DNA of 64,000 nt, taken from Mobula hypostoma (Eukaryota). Positions 61,469 through 64,000 of the stretch are shown here, piece after piece; positions within the stretch are counted from its first letter, which is position 1, and every line of letters starts with the position of its first letter. The stretch is from positions 105,092,001 through 105,156,000 of the forward strand of contig NC_086097.1 of assembly GCF_963921235.1 (NCBI RefSeq), read 5' to 3'. The notes under the pieces were generated by a model. It saw only the letters and a list, made by a program, of their open reading frames with translations, did not search any database and had not been told where the DNA came from. The position numbers were made by a program, and so were the translations under genes.

Positions 61469-63475
61469 TAAAACTGATGTAATGCTAAGGCTTTAATAGG
61501 CACTAGTAAACTAATCTGTCTAGGTACTTCTCCAGCTATCAGCTACAAACTTGGCCACAAAGTCATTAACTAAGTCATCCAAATAATTGATATACAACAT
61601 AAAAAGCAGTCCCAGAATCAACCCTTGATACCACTAGCCACTGTCAGCCAATCAGAAAAGGCTCATTTTATTCACACTCTATGTTCTATCTATGCTTTCC
61701 TGTTATACCATGGGCTCTTATCTTGCTAAGCAAACTGCATATGTAGCACCTTGTCAAAGGCCTTTTGAAAATCCAAGTACATAACATCCACCAATTATCC
61801 TTTGTCTCTCCTGCTTGTTATTTCATCAAAGAATTCCAACAGTTTTGTCAGGCAAGATTTTCCCTTGAGGAAATCATGCTACTTTTGGCCCATTTTATCA
61901 TGTGCCTCAAAGTACCCCGAAACCTCATCCTAACAATCAACTCCGATATCTTCCCAGCCACTGAGGTCAGGTTAACTGGCCTATGTTCTTCCTACTTGAA
62001 GAGTAGAGTGACTTTTGCAATTTTCCAATCTTCCGGAACCATTCCAGAACCTAGTGATACTTGAAGCAGCATCACTAATGCCTCCACAATCTCTTCAGCC
62101 ATTTCTCTCAGAACCCTGGGGTTAGTCTGTCTGGTCCAAGTGACTTTCGGACCTTTCAGCTTCCAAAACACTTTCTCCCTAGTCTGCCCTCATACACTCT
62201 CAAACATCTGGCATATTGCTTGTGGCTTCCACAGTGAAGACTGACGCAAAATACATATTCAGTCCCTCTGCCATTTCCTTGTACCCCATTACTACCTCTC
62301 CAGCATCATTTTCCAGAAGTCAGATACCTACTCTTGTCTCTCTTTTACTATTTGCATACCTGAAAAATAGTTTTGGTATTCCTCTTTAATAGTATAGGCT
62401 GGCGTACTTTCATATTTCATCTTTTTGCTCCTTATGGCATTTTAGTTGCCTTCTGTTTGTTTTTAAAAGCTTCCCAATGCTCTAACTTCCAATAATTTAT
62501 TGCTCTATCACATGCTCTCTCTATTGTTTTTACGTTGGCTTTGACTTCCCTTGTCATCCACAGTTGTGTCATTCTGCCTTTAGAACACTTTTTCCTGTGG
62601 AATGCATGTATCCTTCACCTTCTGAATTGCCCTCAGAAACTCCGGTCATTGCTGCTCTGCTGTAATCCCTATTAGTGTCTACTTCCAATCAACTTTGGCC
62701 AGCTCCTCTCTCATGCTTCTATAAATCCCTTTACTCCACTGTAATACTGATATATCTGACTTTAGCTTCTCCCTCACAAATTGTAGGGTGAATTCTATCA
62801 AATTATGATCACTGCCTCCCAGAGGTTCCTTGGCCTTAAGCTCATGAATCAAATCAGTTCATTACACAACACCCAATCTAGAATCACTGATCCACTAGTG
62901 GGCTCAACCAGAAGCTGCTTGGAAAAGCAGCCTTGTAGGCATTGTACAAATTCCCACTATTGGGATCCAAGACAGCACCAAACTGATTTTCCCAGTCTAC
63001 CTACCTAATGTATCCCCCATGACTATTTTAACATTGTCCTTTTGACATATATTTCCTATCCTCCGTTGTAAATCGTAGCCCACATCATGGCTACTGTTCG
63101 GAGGCCTGTATATAACTCCTATTCAAAGTCTTTTTGCCCTTGCAGTTCCTTAGCTCTACCCACAACAAGAGATTTATTATCCCTCTCAACCCTGTTATCC
63201 TACCTTCTCCCCATAACCTTTGATGTCCTGAATAAGCGAGAACCTGTCAATCTCTACTTTAAATATACTCAATGACTTGGCCTCCCCAGTCATCCGTGGA
63301 TATGATTCCATGGATTCACCATCTTCTGGCTAGAGAAATTCCTATCTTTGTTCCAGAGGGATGTCCTTTTATTCTGAGGCTGTGCTCTCTGGTCCTAGTC
63401 TTACCCACTATAGGAAACGTCCTCTCCATATCCACTCTGTCTAAGCCTTAAAATATTTGACAGGTTTCAATGACA

Positions 63476-64000
63476 TAAAACATAGAAAACCTACAGCAAA
63501 ATACAGGCCCTTCAGCCCACAATGCCATGCTGAACATGTACTTACTTTAGAAATTACCTAGGATTACCCATAGCCCTCTATTTTTCTAAGCTCCATGTAC
63601 CTCTCCAGGAGTCTCTTAAAAGACCCGATCATATCCACCTCCACCACCATTGCCGGCAACCCATTCCACGCACTCACCACTCTGCGTAAAAAACTTACTC
63701 CTGACATCCCCTCTGTACCTTAAAACACCTTAAAACTGTGCCCTCTTGTCATAGCCATTTCAGCCCTGGAGAAAAGCCATGATATCTACATGATCAATGC
63801 CTCTCATCATCTATCAGGTCACCTCTCATCCTCCATCGCTCCAAGGAGAAAAGACCAAGTTCACTCAACCTATTCTCGTAAGGCATGCTCCCCAATCCAG
63901 GCACATCCTTGTAAATCTCCTCTGCACCCTTTCTATAGTTTCTACATCCTTCCTGTAGTGAGGTGACCAGAACTGAGCACAGCACTTCAAGTGGGGTCTG
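63476..64000 (-). mobile_element. CR1 3' end running off the window
   Basis: Tail CATAGAAAACC on the + strand; GLGSMPYENRLSELGLFSLERWRMRGDLI. Confidence 0.88.

Overview
Eukaryotic, vertebrate-type genomic DNA. The repeat complement (CR1 LINEs with SGNH-esterase ORF1, HE1/V-SINE-like SINEs, Penelope pLTRs, Rex1) points to a cartilaginous fish, probably a ray; this is inference. One host gene is present: seven + strand exons of a HEAT-repeat gene recognised as HEATR4 (16686-~57913). They splice in phase with GT-AG introns of 0.2-17.8 kb; the 5' exons were not found and probably lie upstream of the window. Almost everything else is a deeply nested stack of retroelements: dozens of CR1 copies of several subfamilies and ages (one nearly full length at ~50160-53585), a decayed Hero-clade (R2-group) element, Penelope-like fragments carrying minimal hammerhead ribozyme motifs, Rex1/Babar and L1-like fragments, a solo LTR, V-SINEs, non-autonomous SINE-like elements and several minisatellites. 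Most ORF-track entries are TE fragments or their antisense shadows. I found no clearly new multi-gene system. The best leads are the Penelope hammerhead cassettes, the Hero element, a 45-bp array fused to a young CR1 end, an apparent gene-conversion tract between two CR1 copies, and footprints of template-switch repair. TE boundaries are approximate unless a junction or TSD is quoted.
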